DNA from: Toensbergia leucococca
Lineage: Eukaryota
Length of the DNA: 64,000 nt
Assembly: GCA_022813965.1 (NCBI GenBank)
Contig: JALDZS010000031.1
Location: 1 to 64,000, forward strand
Reading direction: 5' to 3'
In this document: piece by piece, positions 38,047-51,104 of the stretch
How positions within the stretch are numbered: the stretch's first letter is position 1
Layout of the letters: every line of letters begins with the position of its first letter
Made by a program: the position numbers and the translations under genes
The notes under the pieces: generated by a model
Databases searched by the model: none
What the model was told of the DNA's origin: nothing
Seen by the model: only the letters and a program-made list of their open reading frames with translations

Positions 38047-41000
38047 GGAAGGTTTTTTTTTTGGTTGTTTTGGTTGGTGGGGTACTTTGGGCTGTTTTGC
38101 GTTCGTTGATGGAGGAGGGGGGGAGGGGAGGGGGTGGGATGTAGTGGGGTTTGGATTTACAACTTGCTATGGCTGTACTTTGGATAACGCTTTCTCTAAA
38201 AGTTGAGATTTCTTGCCGAACTTGCCTCCTTTCTCATGGCGCACGGGTCACTTTTTTCACGAGGTTGCTTTGATTGTCTGGGTACGGAGAAAAATACCTC
38301 CAGAAATATCATCGAAATCGACCCGTCTACCTACTTATAACACAGCATCAAACCACCCCCTCCCCAGCACCTCGACTTCAACTTCATCTTAAAACCCCTT
38401 CTGCACTCAAATCACATAAATTGACAGCCAAAGCACTGGTACCGTCAGCGGGGGAGGGCCGCGCGGTATCCCTTTATCTGAAATCCCGCCCTACACACAC
38501 AACCATCTCCCCAACCAATCAATCAAAACTCCCAATCAATCAATCAACCCAATCAGCTATCCATCAAGCAAACGCACCTACGCCCATTGCAGCGCCGTCC
38601 TCATCACTTAAGGATCCTATGTGTTCAGGGTTTCCCTCTTGCATTTAGTAGAGGATGGGTGATGGGATCAACTCCACGCCCCCCCCTCTCAACTGGATCT
38701 TGCGCTTATATCTTCTGACCTTTTTTCTTTCTTTCTTTGCGAGTTTTGTGGTTTTTGGGGGGGGGTTTTCTTTTTCTGGGGATTGAGGTTGTAGGGGGTG
38801 GGTTGTTTGGGTTTTGAAGGAAGGAATTTGGGGGTGGGGGGGTACGTGGGTGGGAGTAAGGGATGCGAGGGTGGTGGATTTAGGGTTTGGGGTAAAGAAA
38901 GGGGGGGGGGAGGAGGAGGAGGAGGGGGGGGGAATGGATGAGGTTAGGGCAGGAGGGTGAGGGGCTAGGGGAGTGATTGAGGGGTTTTGGTGGAGATTAT
39001 TTTCAGAGGATTGGGGATGGGCGTTCTTTTTTTGTTTTTTGGGAGGCTGCTGCTGTTTAGGCGTGGTGGGTGGTTGTAAGGTTTTGGGCGGGGAAGAGGT
39101 GTGTTGGGTACGTAAATTCACCTGTGCGATATTAGGCACAGCGATGGCGAGGGAGTGGCGGACCGAGGTGTTGGATTGTTGTTTGCCTTGTTGGTGTTTG
39201 GATAGGGGAGTGTGGGATGTTGCAAGCGTGTTTTTTTTCATTCGTTGATGGGATTTGGGTTGTAGGGGTGGGTTGAGTTGGATTGGTTTTTCTTTTGGGG
39301 AGGTGAATGGATTGGAGAGAAGTTGATTTTATCTGACGGAAAGGGGGGTGGGGGGGGAGTTGAGGAATAGAGTGGAAAGGGAGGGGGAAGAAGGTGGATT
39401 GTTGGTGATTTGTGCATGTTGCAGTTGCCTTTTTTTTCGATTTTAAAAGGGCAATTCTGGGGTTCCTTCAATATTGGCGGGTGCATTGGGAAATGAGATG
39501 GGACGGTTGTGGTTGCTGTGTGGAAGAGAGAGGGTTGGGAGGTCAGTTGATGGTGGTGGGAGGGTAGGATAGGCGCTTAGATGTTGAGGTTGAGGAGCGG
39601 GAGGTGGTTGCGGAGGAGTAAATCGTAACTAGATAGAAGGTGAAATTGGAGGCGAGGAAAGCAATTGTGGTTTCTGTGGGAATGGATTGACACATGAACA
39701 GGGCAGGAGAAACGCAAGTGCTACGGAGGATCTGTTGTATTTTGATCGAAGCGAAGTGAGGATCACTTTGGATTGAAGGAATGAAGTTTGCAGATATTTC
39801 AGGATTGGTGGAAATAAGGGGTTTGAGCAAAGGAAAGAGAGAAAGGTGGTGACTGGGGTTGGGAATGGGGATGGTTCGGTGATGTTGTAGTTGGGAGGCG
39901 TTCGCAAAGTTTTTCTTGTTTTGATTCTATAAGTCTTAAGGCCTTGGTGACGTATAAAGTGAAGGATTTAGAAAATGGGAATGGGGAGAATGTCACCGAA
40001 TGAGGAAATGTGGTTGAAGAAGGATAGTGTTGGGGAGGAGAAGGAATACTTAATTGTTCGTTGGTAAAAGGTGCAATTAGTATGCAGGAGGGTCAGAGAT
40101 CTTCTTGTTCTGTTGGAAGAGAGGAAGAGAGTGGTGTAGGAGTCACGTATTAGCAACAATCTTGGAGATTCTCGACTTGAGATTCGATGCTGGTGGGTGT
40201 TGTCGCATTGGGATGAAGCACTTTCATTGGATAGTCGAATGACGCAATCCTGTTGAAACAATGCAGCCAATTAATCCAAGTCTTCTAGTCTTTTGGTACG
40301 GGTACCTAGTCTGTTATGCTGTTGCAGTGTCTGATCCTTCATTTCCTCTGCAAATTGTTGACCACCATTGATGGCTTAACTGTAAAGGAATGCGACGTGT
40401 ATCTTGCCTTAGCGCAGGAGTACATGGGTACATGGTAGGTACCCAGTACCAGGTATCTCGGTACCTACTCCGTACACACCAACAGGTCCCGCGCATTCAA
40501 CACTTTCGCATACGGTATCTACGGTATCTACGGTATCTACCCACGTTGTTGAAGGCAGAGTTAGTTTTATTTTTGACATGCGTCAAGGGGCGGCTTACAA
40601 GGATACCACGTGGTTGACGAAGAAGCCAGCCGTCCGGCCACGCTACAGGAAAGCCACAAAGGAAGCAATACCTCAGGTGAGTAAGGTAGTCTCGGCAGTG
40701 AATAAGGTAACTATCTTAGATTTAGAGTATCCCGTATCTGTACATAATACAGATTACACATTACACATTATACATTACACATTACACCTTATGAGTACAT
40801 ATTACAGCACATGTGATTTGTCACCAACCTGTTGGATCGCGGCCGTTTCAGCCGACCAGGGTTCGAAAACGTCTTACCTTGTTGCATAACCATCGCCGAT
40901 AATCTAACCTTGGATGAAGGCTGATATTCCTGATATTCGTGATATGCTTGCTTCTACTTACCGTAGTGCTTATCTTTTTGCATTGCGACTTCCGTCTGCC

Positions 41001-42627
41001 AAGACAGCAGCGACGTTCTTCATTATGCAAGGAGCTTTCGGACTTTCGGCCTTTCCAACATTCTGCTTGCCTACTGTTCCTATCATGCGCCCACGGCTGG
41101 CCACCTTGCAGGACGACACGTGGTAGCCGCATCCGTTTTTAGTCCGCAGCGGAAAGACACGAGGCACCCATGCATAAGTTCTCGATACATCCAGATCGAT
41201 CGTTTGAATTTGCGCGTAGCGGGGTAAATGTCGGGTAAGACAAGAGGTAAGGTATTATATTTTACTTGACCATATTCTACTGCTTTTGCCTCTGCCTTCC
41301 GTGCTCTTAGCGACAAGCTCGCGTAAAATACCTACGTACGGATAGATACGAGGACATACTTCAAATTGGAATGCCAGACAATGACAAATAGAAAGAGGCA
41401 GGAAAACTTTATCGCTGCAGTAAGGAGTACCGAAATGAGAGGGAGGCGGATGGAATGTTCTTTATTTTCTAGCTGCTAAATTAGCTTCCATCTTCTAGGC
41501 CATGTTTCAGACTGAACAAAGCAGAAAGATTGTGTGGAAGTCCCCACTTTGTCTAACGACGCAGAGATCTTGTTGTCATTTCCGAATAGGTAGTCAGTGC
41601 TTGCATCCAGTCATAACTCATGAATCAAATGCCGCAGAGGTAGTGTGCTCAGCAAGGTGAGGTATTGGCCGTGTCACAGGGGTCAGGGATGGCTTTAACG
41701 GCAATGGGATCTTCTTTCTTCTTTCTTCGCCGTCCAAGCGCTGGGACATTCTTCGCTTTTCTTTGTCATTATCGAAGGGTGAAACGTGCAAGCAAGCCAA
41801 AGCATTCATGCTTCCGTTTCTCTACGGAAAGTTTAGTTGTGCATTATCGAGGCAGGCATCCGAGATTGATCGCATTCTTCCATGATGATGTTCTGCCGGG
41901 ACCGGCTTACTTGGTAGGGTAACAATCATCGCCAAGCCCTAACACTGATGAAGGATCTGCGAGTACGGATAGAGCACGTCTTAATTCTCTCGGTCAGCTT
42001 TCTCATGTCGCATTTCCATTTGGTCTTGTTCATGTAACAAGTGATGAATGAATCACGAGTGAATAGGTAGGTATTAGGTATTGAATAGGGCAGGAGGGTA
42101 GGTAGGTGTGTAGAATTCCTCCACATTGACATCATACTCCAAACACAAAGGTACCGCTGTACTCATGTAATATACGCATAGGTATCAGGTAGTACGTAAG
42201 GTAGAACCACGGACAGGGGATCCGCATGGCCTGTAGCGTGCTGTTTGACTAGAAGTATGAACCCTGGATCCCTCCGCCCTCGTGCGCCAGAGTCATCAAG
42301 TCACTTCTACTACCACCAGTCCACCACCACCATTGTTCATTATTACCCTCTTACCTTACTTTACCCTACCTTACCCTTCAGCTTACTCGTACTCTGCAAG
42401 AAAGCACATACATATCGATATTCTACCGCACCTTCCTCTTCCATACCGCTGTCTGTGTCGTCTTCGATGATTCTTGAAGTTAATATTCGACCTCGACCGA
42501 TAGAATAGTCATTCTTGAATCAACTCTCCCCAACTTAACTTCAAATCTACCTACCTCGTCTCGCTCGTCTGGTAGTACCGAGGTCGTCTCGCAACCCTCA
42601 CCCTTAGCGGGTCCATTATTGCCTTAC

Positions 42628-44958
42628 ATGACACAGTCATCCATTCTCTATCCATCATTGTCGAACCATCTCTACGACAATCCATCTGACCAAATTGTCT
42701 TTGCTGCTCCCCCTACAGAGACTTCACCGCTCTCCATCGCAACAGATGCTTCGTCGGCGCAACGACAAGATTCTTCTCTTTCGTCAAAACCACTGTCGCC
42801 CCCTACCATCCTCGAAAATTCAATACTGAAAATCCCTCGTCTACCTTTAGCTTCTATAGCTCACGAAGCCGCCGCCGCTCGTGACAAAACCGTATCGGTT
42901 CTCAATACTCTTACGCTACGGACAAAGACTTCAATCACTTCCTTACATTCTTCTACTATTCCAGGCCAAAGCACTGAACCGGATTCAACGACTGTCCTCC
43001 CAAATACCGACCCCTTCCTACTTCACAACCACCTTCCTGGGCTGCCGCCTGATACAAGGGAATCACGTGTGGACTTCAAACATCCACTACCAGTGCCTGT
43101 CAACGAAACAGAATTCGCAATTGAACCGGCAAAGCCTACCACCACGCTGGCTTCCGTTATTAAAGACCGACGGCAAATCCTCGACGAAAGTCGCTCTTCT
43201 TCCCGAACCCCCTCTCCTCCACCACAAACCCTCTCACCCGCCTCCCGAAACAAAATGCATCAGACTTCTTCGCGGCTTCTGCGAATGACGGATGAAGAGC
43301 GCCCTTTCACCAGAGATTTCAAGGACTTGTTTTCTACTTTGATGGTCAGTCTTCCATTATCTCACCACCGAGTACGCTTTCAGAAGGTGGAACATACCTT
43401 TACATCGGAGGAGGCTATAAACAATCTTGGCTCTCTCAAGTTTTCCCAGTCAAATCGAATGCCAGATCCAAAAGATCCATCCCGCATAGTAACGACAACG
43501 ACAACGACAACTTTTTCAATGGCAAAGGAGATGGCTCGCTCCGTATGTCAACGCTTCATGGACGCACGATTCATCGAGTCTGCCGATGGAAAGCTTGTCT
43601 CGGGCTTCGCGCTCAAGGGCGCGGTATGGCAGCTTACACCGAAGGGGATGCATGTCTTGACTCGGTTCTGTCAGCGGAATGGAATCAACCAGAGGCATGT
43701 TCTTGATGTTCTAGACTCGCCACGAAACACGATGCAATTGGTCATATTAGAACGAGATGTGGCTACCGATAAGCTATCGCGCGATCGATCCACCATTGAA
43801 GTTATCTTCCGGCGGTTCATCGGTCAGGAAGGGTCAAACATCAAATCAAGCGTCTCCACTTCTGATTCTGACTCATTAAGTGATTATTACAATGGGCTGA
43901 CAGGTGTGAAAATGGCGAGAGAGCGGAAGATTCTCGATCGAGTCGTTCAGAACACGTTTACTGGCAAAGCCGCTGTGGATTGGCTGATGGACTGTTGTAC
44001 GACGGTAGACCGCAGAGAAACGTACGAGATTGCCGATCTTTTCGTGCAACACGGTCTCATCCGGGCTGCTCTCGAGGATAAAGTTTACATTCATCAAAAT
44101 TCCAGTGCCACTAGATTTCAGCCTACGAAAAACGCCATCTATGGCTTGACGGATAAAGGTCAACGTGTGGTGGGATGGCTTGCGAGGCAAAACAGCAACA
44201 GCAGTGGAGAAAGCCGCGAGGGTCCCTCCAAAAATATCAATGGCAGGTCGGAAGGTAGAAGTGCGCCGCGTGACTCCAACAACAATCGCCTCACCGTCAT
44301 TGTCAACGATCCGGCTTTACGGCTCCTATTTAGGGAATTTCTACGAGACACGCATTGTGAGGAGAACGTGAATTTCTACCTCGAAGTCCGAGAATTCACT
44401 AAGACTTACGACAACGCCGACAAAGCAAAGGCTTTCACCAAGCCGGATGCTATCAGAGAGTCTTTAGCAGCTGCATATGGTGAGTTCTTACACGTTCATG
44501 GATCGGGGCACGAGCTTACCAAATTAGGTCTCTACAATGCGTTCCTTGCCCCTGGCTCACCGTGTGAGCTCAATATTGATCACAATCTGCGAAACAGCCT
44601 CGCTGGACGAATGACACGAGCCGTTGGCAACGATGATTCGATGCTTGGAAGTCTGAAGGAAGTTGTCTCTCTATTCAAGGATGCTCAAACATCCGTCTTT
44701 AAATTAATGTCAAGTGTAAGCTTCCACCTGACTACTCTTACGTTTTCAACGTGTTAATGGCATGCACAGGATTCGGTGCCTAAATTCCTCAAGGAGCCCA
44801 AATACGCTAATATGTTACGGGAACATAATTTTGACCACGCAGTTGCATCTGGCCATGCTTCGAGTCACGTGTCGTCTCAATCGAATGCGCCTGAGCGTAA
44901 GATGAGCACGGCGACAATCCGGACACCTCGCGAACCTCGAGATCCCCGGGGTACTTGA
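42628..44958 (+). CDS. flbA: Regulator of G-protein signalling FlbA/Sst2 (DEP + RGS domains)
   Basis: MHQTSSRLLRMTDEERPFTRDFKDLFSTL, SLKFSQSNRMPDPKDPSRIVTTTTTTTFSM, DPALRLLFREFLRDTHCEEN, YNAFLAPGSPCELNIDH, DSVPKF. Introns 44480-44527 and 44716-44769. Start could be any in-frame ATG up to 43255. Confidence 0.95.
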
Positions 44959-45857
44959 GGATAAGTAAACGGAATTATGTGTAAAGACTAGCATCCAATG
45001 CTAGAATCTCGAGTTCTCCAATCGCCTTCAAATGGACTAAGCACCTAGGACTGCTCTCACTCCCGATTAATCGCATCCACGATTATTTTCACCCAAAGTC
45101 GTGTCCTCTCTTGCATAACGGAATACATACTCTCGTATCTCCAACACCCATACTTTCTGCGCATACCTTGATGGTACTGTTGCTTGCATTTAACGGTTCT
45201 TCCAACATCATTACGACCATGACACTCTGATCCTCCACCTCACCAAGCCCTTCAACCTCCTCCGAAAAAATCATTGAACTTGCATAACGAACACGCTCCG
45301 GACTCTTTTTGCATAACATTCTCACGATACCTGCATTTGAATGGAGTTCCTCATCATTCTAACACATTGTTCCGATACCCGACCAACTACATTCCATCTC
45401 AGATGGCAGCCGCATGATTGCATCCGGAAACGGGGGGAGGGAGGCTGTACATGTATCACAGACGCGATGGGCATTTTAGCTTTTTCGAAAACAAAAGAGC
45501 AAATTCTTTTGCGTGTGCGCTGGGGGCTATGGCTTGGATCCAGCTCTCCCTCATTTTTCATTTTGTTCACCCAGAAGTTCGGGATTGGATTAGGGTGTCT
45601 GTGATTGGAGAGAGGGTGTGCTTGTGTTTTTATTTTCTTTTCCCCATCGTCGAGGTTTGCGTATGGCGTTTTTAAGTTGGAAGGCGGGGGGGGGGAGAAC
45701 TTTGATGCATTTTTGTACTGGGAGAAGCATGGTTGGCTAGATTGGTTGTTGTGGATGTGTGGTGAGGCTACTCTCTTGGGTAGGGCCTCGCTACTTTGTT
45801 TTTGTACATAACATGTAGTTTCTTAAGAACTGCAAGATTCAGGACCATTCTTTTTTT

Positions 45858-46493
45858 GGCTGGTGATACGTGTACACCCCCTTTTGATACGTGTACACCC
45901 CCCCCCAACCCCCCTCGGGCGCAATGTCACCGAGGGAAATTTTATCATTCTGCACCACATCTTGCCTCGATTCCCTACCACTTTGCAAGCCATGTACTTG
46001 TTCCATTTGCGTGCCATCTAAAAGTCAAATTACCCTAGGGAATCATCCTGATATTGTATCACGTTTCCACTTGATTCTTCACACCCCGGGCGCAATACCA
46101 TGAATTTTGATCTACCTCTGCCTCATGAACCTGAACCCTCACCTAGAGAGGGGCGAGGTGGAGCTCCTGTAGATAATAGGGTGTCTCGTGATGTTGAAAG
46201 TAGGTAGATTGCTTGCAAAATCGTGATGTTTTTACGCCCCTGGGGGGGGGCATGGTGATTGTGCGCCTGGGAATCAAGTCAGGATGTGGTAGAAAAGCAT
46301 GGTTTTTTCTCCTAGGTGATTTAGCTTCTAGATGGCACGCAAATGGGACAAGTAAATGGCTTGCGAAGTGGTAGGGAATCGAGGCAAGATGTGGTGCAGA
46401 ATGATAAAATTTCCCTCGGTGATATTGTGCTCCAGGGGGTGAGGGGAGGGGGTGTACAGGTATCAAAAACGGGGTGTACACGTATCAGGAGCC
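45858..46493. mobile_element. Non-autonomous long-TIR (foldback/MITE-like, possibly Mutator-derived) DNA element, ~636 bp
   Basis: About 180-bp imperfect terminal inverted repeats starting GGCT..TGATACGTGTACACCC, with a long identical core (ACCGAGGGAAATTTTATCATTCTGCACCACATCTTGCCTCGATTCCCTACCACTT). No coding capacity; no clear TSD. Confidence 0.85.
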
Positions 46494-47082
46494 TTGTTAA
46501 ATTCACTGTACTCAGTTTTAGTTTGTATGATTTTTCATTTCATTGTATTCTCTGCTGTGAGTTTTTTGTTGTGAGATAGGGTTGAGTGAGAGTGTGTTTT
46601 TTTTTTTTTTTTTGCACTTTTTTGCTTGTTCCTTGAGAGAGAGAGAAGATGAGTATTTTAGGCTATGATCAGGATTGTAGATATTTGTGTCACTTTTCAG
46701 AAAAACAAAAGTGTTGAGGGAGGGAAAGAGAGGGGAGGGTTTGTTCAAATTAGATCTCTGTGTTAATGTGAGGGAAGGAAGAAGAAATGAGGAATTAATT
46801 TATTTTGAGATTTTTTAATTTTCATAAAAAAAAGTAAAGGTTAAGGATATCTAAATGTGATAGAATCTTTCTTTTTCAAATACATCACAGCATCATTCAC
46901 AAGTGCAGCAAAAAAGAATGAGAAAATCTGTTCAGCAGAAGCAAGCAAGGAAGCAAGGGCGCAACTATCTCAGCTATGATCAAAAAATCTTTCACTAAAC
47001 AGAGAAAAGAGTGACTGCTACCGCCAACAACAAACTAATCTAACTATCACAACAATTCAATCACGCTGCTGAAGCGTCATCA

Positions 47083-47385
47083 TTATGTCTCACTCACATC
47101 TGACGTCGAAGCTGCAGCTGTTGCTGAAGGGAGATCAGACGCAGCTTGAGTGGTGGCCCCTGTCGCTACAGTATCGATGACTGCTGCTGTGGCTGAAGGG
47201 AGATCAGACGCAGCTTGAGTGGTGGCCCCTGTCGCTACAGTAACTTTGGCTGTTGGGGTGACGTCGCGACTGCTTCCGAGTCAATTTACTTGCATTTGTC
47301 TGCGGGGTTGGGGTTCCAAGTACATGACTAAAGCGTGGGAGCCGGTCAGGAGGAAGAAAGCTAGGAGTGCTTGTCTTGGAAGCAT
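47083..47385 (-). pseudogene. Signal-peptide Ala/Thr/Ser-rich repeat protein interrupted by one in-frame TGA
   Basis: MLPRQALLAFFLLTGSHALVMYLEPQPRRQMQVN*LGSSRDVTPTAKV then TVATGATTQAASDLPSATAA twice; TGA at 47283-47281. Confidence 0.6.
47123..47242. repeat. Direct repeat with 69-bp period (51 bp identical)
   Basis: GCTGAAGGGAGATCAGACGCAGCTTGAGTGGTGGCCCCTGTCGCTACAGTA at 47123 and 47192. Confidence 0.95.
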
Positions 47386-49497
47386 TTTTGTTCTAAGAGC
47401 TGGGTGAAAGCTTAGGCCCGATTAGGAAGATTAGATTTGGGGTCTGAACCGATGTTTTAGGAGTGAAGCTTTTGATGAGTCGGTAAGGGTTGTTTCCTGT
47501 GCTAGATGAAGTTGATTGATGTCCGACGTTTTCGAGGGAAAAGGTCATCTTTTATGGGCGAGCCCACGGATCAGAATCACCTTGTGAGCAGTGTTTTGAG
47601 ACTCACTGCCCGTTGGAAAGTTAGATTGCATGATTGAAACGAGGATCTGGCATAATCGAGCTTCAGGTCCTGAGATCATCAACTGAGAGCTGAGGATCTC
47701 AAAATGTAAAGAGATAGCGTAGGGTATAGTCAACTCGATTGTAGATAGACAGAGATGCATATTGGATGAAAATTACAAGTATGAAGTAGTCGTATGAAAA
47801 GCTTTTGCTCGGATAATTGAGATTGACGATATCCTAAAGGAGAGATTCTTGTAATGTTCTTGAAACGACAATTGTACGCACTGCGGATGAACGACTGCAT
47901 CTTGATGTTGATCGAGTCCGCGATGGTCAAATACAACGGGTGTGGAACATCTGAGGGGAATGTAGATGGCTGCCAACAGTACTCTTCGTGTGATTGTATG
48001 TTCGAGGGGAAACAATGTGGCTGCCAACGGTGAGATAGTCTCCTTGTGTAATCGTATCGAATTGATTGTTATGTTCTATGCAGGTGTAGCAAAAACCAAA
48101 ACAACCAAAAAAGGGCTTTCCAACCGATTGACGATCAGCATTACGTTTGAACCCTGCAATCTCAATTAGTTGATCTTGTTGATAGTACTATTCCCCGGAA
48201 CGGGCCGTAGCTAGGAGACTTAGAAAATAGAGCATCATGGGCACTAATCAGTATCATAATACTGGTGAAGTTGAGTAATTCATCTCATTTCGAACAGAAA
48301 GTCACCTTGAGCGATGCCCTATCATATGAGCCGATTCCGTCATAACCTCTTCAATCAATTTGAGCTTGACAAAACTACTTTCTGTAAGTAAGACAGGTGG
48401 CGTGTTCATCGAGGAATTAATGGATATCACATCTCCCTCGACACAAATGTTTGAAACAAATTGTGTTGGTTTCATCACTCTCATACAAATACGCTGGCGA
48501 GAATGCACTGAGAGTGTGTGAGTGGGTATTGTTCAAGAAATATATGAGAACATGCATAGTTGAACATGTTGTTGTCACGTTGCTGTTGTTTTGAAAAAAA
48601 GCCTCGGACCGAAATGTAGGCAGATAGCTGTATGAAACGCACCAAGCAGGCGATTCGGGAGACTGGCACCAACAATATTTCTTTTCCAGCATGTTGGAAT
48701 TCTTGATTCGTCGTTCTGCATTTATGCTGACTCGACAACGTATTACCTCCCAATGCCCAGGGAGATCGGCTCCAATGAGAAGAGAAAGTACGTCTTGAGC
48801 AAACGATATACTAACACGCGGGAGAGACATGTACTAAGAAGAACGAGAGATGAGCGGCAGTATATGACGATTGAAGCCAAGGTCAAGGCACGTCGTAGTA
48901 TTTTGTTCGATAGATAGCGGTTTTGATGCCAGGGTCTCATGGTCACAGACCTTGCGGACTTTGTATATTCTATTGCGGTACTCGACGTATAGTGAGCTTG
49001 GTCGTGACAGCCTAAGGCAGATCAGTCCATTTTGTGGAAGTCATAATCAAGCTAGGTCTGCGCAGCTAGGTGTTCGCCACATCTCTCGAAAAGGAAAATG
49101 AAAAGGAATAATTGAGAGGAGATCAAATCACAGTGAAGTCTGTGATAGTCTTCTTTCATAGGATGACACCCATGGATTGATTGATTTTTCCAAGCTCGGG
49201 AATGGGAGCATCTGAATTTGATAAAGTACAACTTCTTTAAAGTGTAAAGTCCATTTGAATAGCAGTATTGCATTAGATGGACGAGATCCGGAGAAGGTAT
49301 TCTACTCGTAAAAAAGCGGAGGGAATGCTAAACACCCCTGCAATCCATCGCACTGGGCAACCAAACACAGATTTTGATTTCTCCCCACAACAAGACCGGG
49401 TAGAATATCAACATCAAAACTGCTTTTTACTCTTACCATCCAAACCATATCATATCCCAGATAGAAGCCATAGCTGTTGACTCAAGCATTCTGCAAT

Positions 49498-50325
49498 ATG
49501 GTACGTTTACAGCATATATATTTATGCAAGCTCCTTTCTCCACTCCCCTGTTTACTTGCCTCACACCCCAACTCTCGAAGCCCCGCCCTATTCCTATCTC
49601 CTTACAATGCCATCCCCATGTTCCCCTACTCACAGCCTCACGAAACCTGCATTGCCCTCTCACAGAAACTCACGCTCCCCCTAGGCATCCACAAACTACA
49701 AAGAAGCATTTGCCCTCTTCGACAAGCGCGGCAACGGACGCGTCGCTCTCGAATCCCTCGGCGATCTCCTCCGCGCATGCGGCCAAAACCCAACACTAGC
49801 TGAAATAAGAGATCTAGAGAACGGCATTGGCGGAGATTGTGAGTTCTGCAAGATGGCAGATTATACCCGTGGAAAGAGCAAAGTCTTTTAGGGGCCAGAA
49901 CCGCTAATCTTTGGTGTCTGCTTGTGTATAGTTGATTTCGAGTCTTTCTCCAAAGTCCTGAATCGACCAGGCGGGTTTCGCGATCCTGGTGAGCCGGAGG
50001 AGTATTGTCGGGGATTTCAGGTGTTTGACAAGGACATGACTGGCTTCATTGGAGTAGGCCAGCTGAGATACAGTATGTTTGAGCTCAAGAATTGGGTCAA
50101 ATCAATCAGATCGGTTTGGGACACTGACACGACTCACAGTCTTGACCAATCTGGGCGAGAAGATGAGCGACGAGGAAGTAGACGAGCTTTTGAAGGCGGT
50201 GGATACGAGTAGTGGAGAGATCAATTATACGGGTACGGTAGTCTACGTTGTCTTTGCCAGGCATAATATGCTCTCCAGCTAACACTACATGTATAGATCT
50301 CGTACGAACAATCCTGGCAAATTGA
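49498..50325 (+). CDS. cdc4: Myosin light chain (EF-hand; S. pombe Cdc4/Mlc1 type)
   Basis: M|ASTNYKEAFALFDKRGNGRV...LGDLLRACGQNPTLAEI...|FDFESFSKVLNRPGGF...EEYCRGFQVFDKDMTGFIGVGQLRY|ILTNLGEKMSDEEVDELLK...|DLVRTILAN. The first coding exon appears to be ATG only. Confidence 0.95.
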
Positions 50326-50600
50326 TACCGCTCTCATTCATACTGTCCCAAACACCAACCAGCATTTCTTACCATCCTCATAGCATCATCTCAAGGCGTT
50401 TTGTCTTTTGAGAGCCATAGGCTCACGGACAAGGAGTAGGCGGATGGATTAGCTACGATAGTCTCGGAAGTGAAATATCACACTCCATCACCAACGAACG
50501 TAGCAACATGCCTATTCTCCCACCTCCTCAAACAAAACCACAACCACCCCAAACTCTCACAGCAGCCCTCATCCCATTCCTCCGAGTAGCCCACCAATAT

Positions 50601-51104
50601 CTAAACCCCTCCCACCACCTCATCCCCCATCATCTCCTCCGTCCCACTCAAGCCCCCCTCCAAAATATAAATCACCCTCCCCTCCTTCCCCTCCGTTCCC
50701 CCATGTCCTCCCCCACCCTCAAGTTCATACCCAATCCCGACCCCACACCTCGCGCACCTCCACCCCCACCTCTTCTCCCACCCATCAGCCCGCTGCACCA
50801 GATGCGCCTTCCTGTCTTGCCGCAGCGAGTGCAAGAGCGAGGGCAGTATTGGCCCTCCTCGGTCTTCCTCTTCCCTTTGTTGCACCGCCTCTGTTGTTGA
50901 TACTGTTGGGGTGGAGGGGGTTCGTGTTGTCTGGGGTTGGGTTTGTGTGGCGGAGGTTTGTGGGAATGGCGGGAGGGGGAGGATGTAGGCTTTGTCGAGG
51001 GAGGGGGCGGCGCGGCGGGGGAGGTGGGGGAGGGGGTAGGGGGTTGTGAGGAGGTGGGTTGTGCAGAGGCAGTGGTAGGTGTGGAGGGTGGGGGTTGAGG
51101 GCAT
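50601..51104 (-). CDS. STEEP1/CXorf56-like small zinc-binding protein
   Basis: LHTYHCLCTTHLL...LPRRAA.SLDKAYIL...LVQRADGWEKRWGWRCARCGVGIGY...IYILEGGL pattern. Confidence 0.75.
   Translation of the reverse strand: MPSTPTLHTYHCLCTTHLLTTPYPLPHLPRRAAPSLDKAYILPLPPFPQTSATQTQPQTTRTPSTPTVSTTEAVQQREEEDRGGPILPSLLHSLRQDRKAHLVQRADGWEKRWGWRCARCGVGIGYELEGGGGHGGTEGKEGRVIYILEGGLSGTEEMMGDEVVGGV

Noticed and set aside
38645..40270. Pro/Thr/Lys-rich minus-strand ORFs (up to 198 aa)
   Set aside because: Explained by low-complexity G/T-skewed sequence, with no recognisable motifs. A decayed gene cannot be fully excluded.
47083..47242. The 69-bp repeat (and other short repeats) as a CRISPR-like array
   Set aside because: Eukaryotic context, only two units, a codon-multiple period, and no cas genes.
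47500..49280. Short ORFs between the secreted-protein relic and cdc4
   Set aside because: Possibly decayed coding DNA, but I could not support a consistent frame or family motif.
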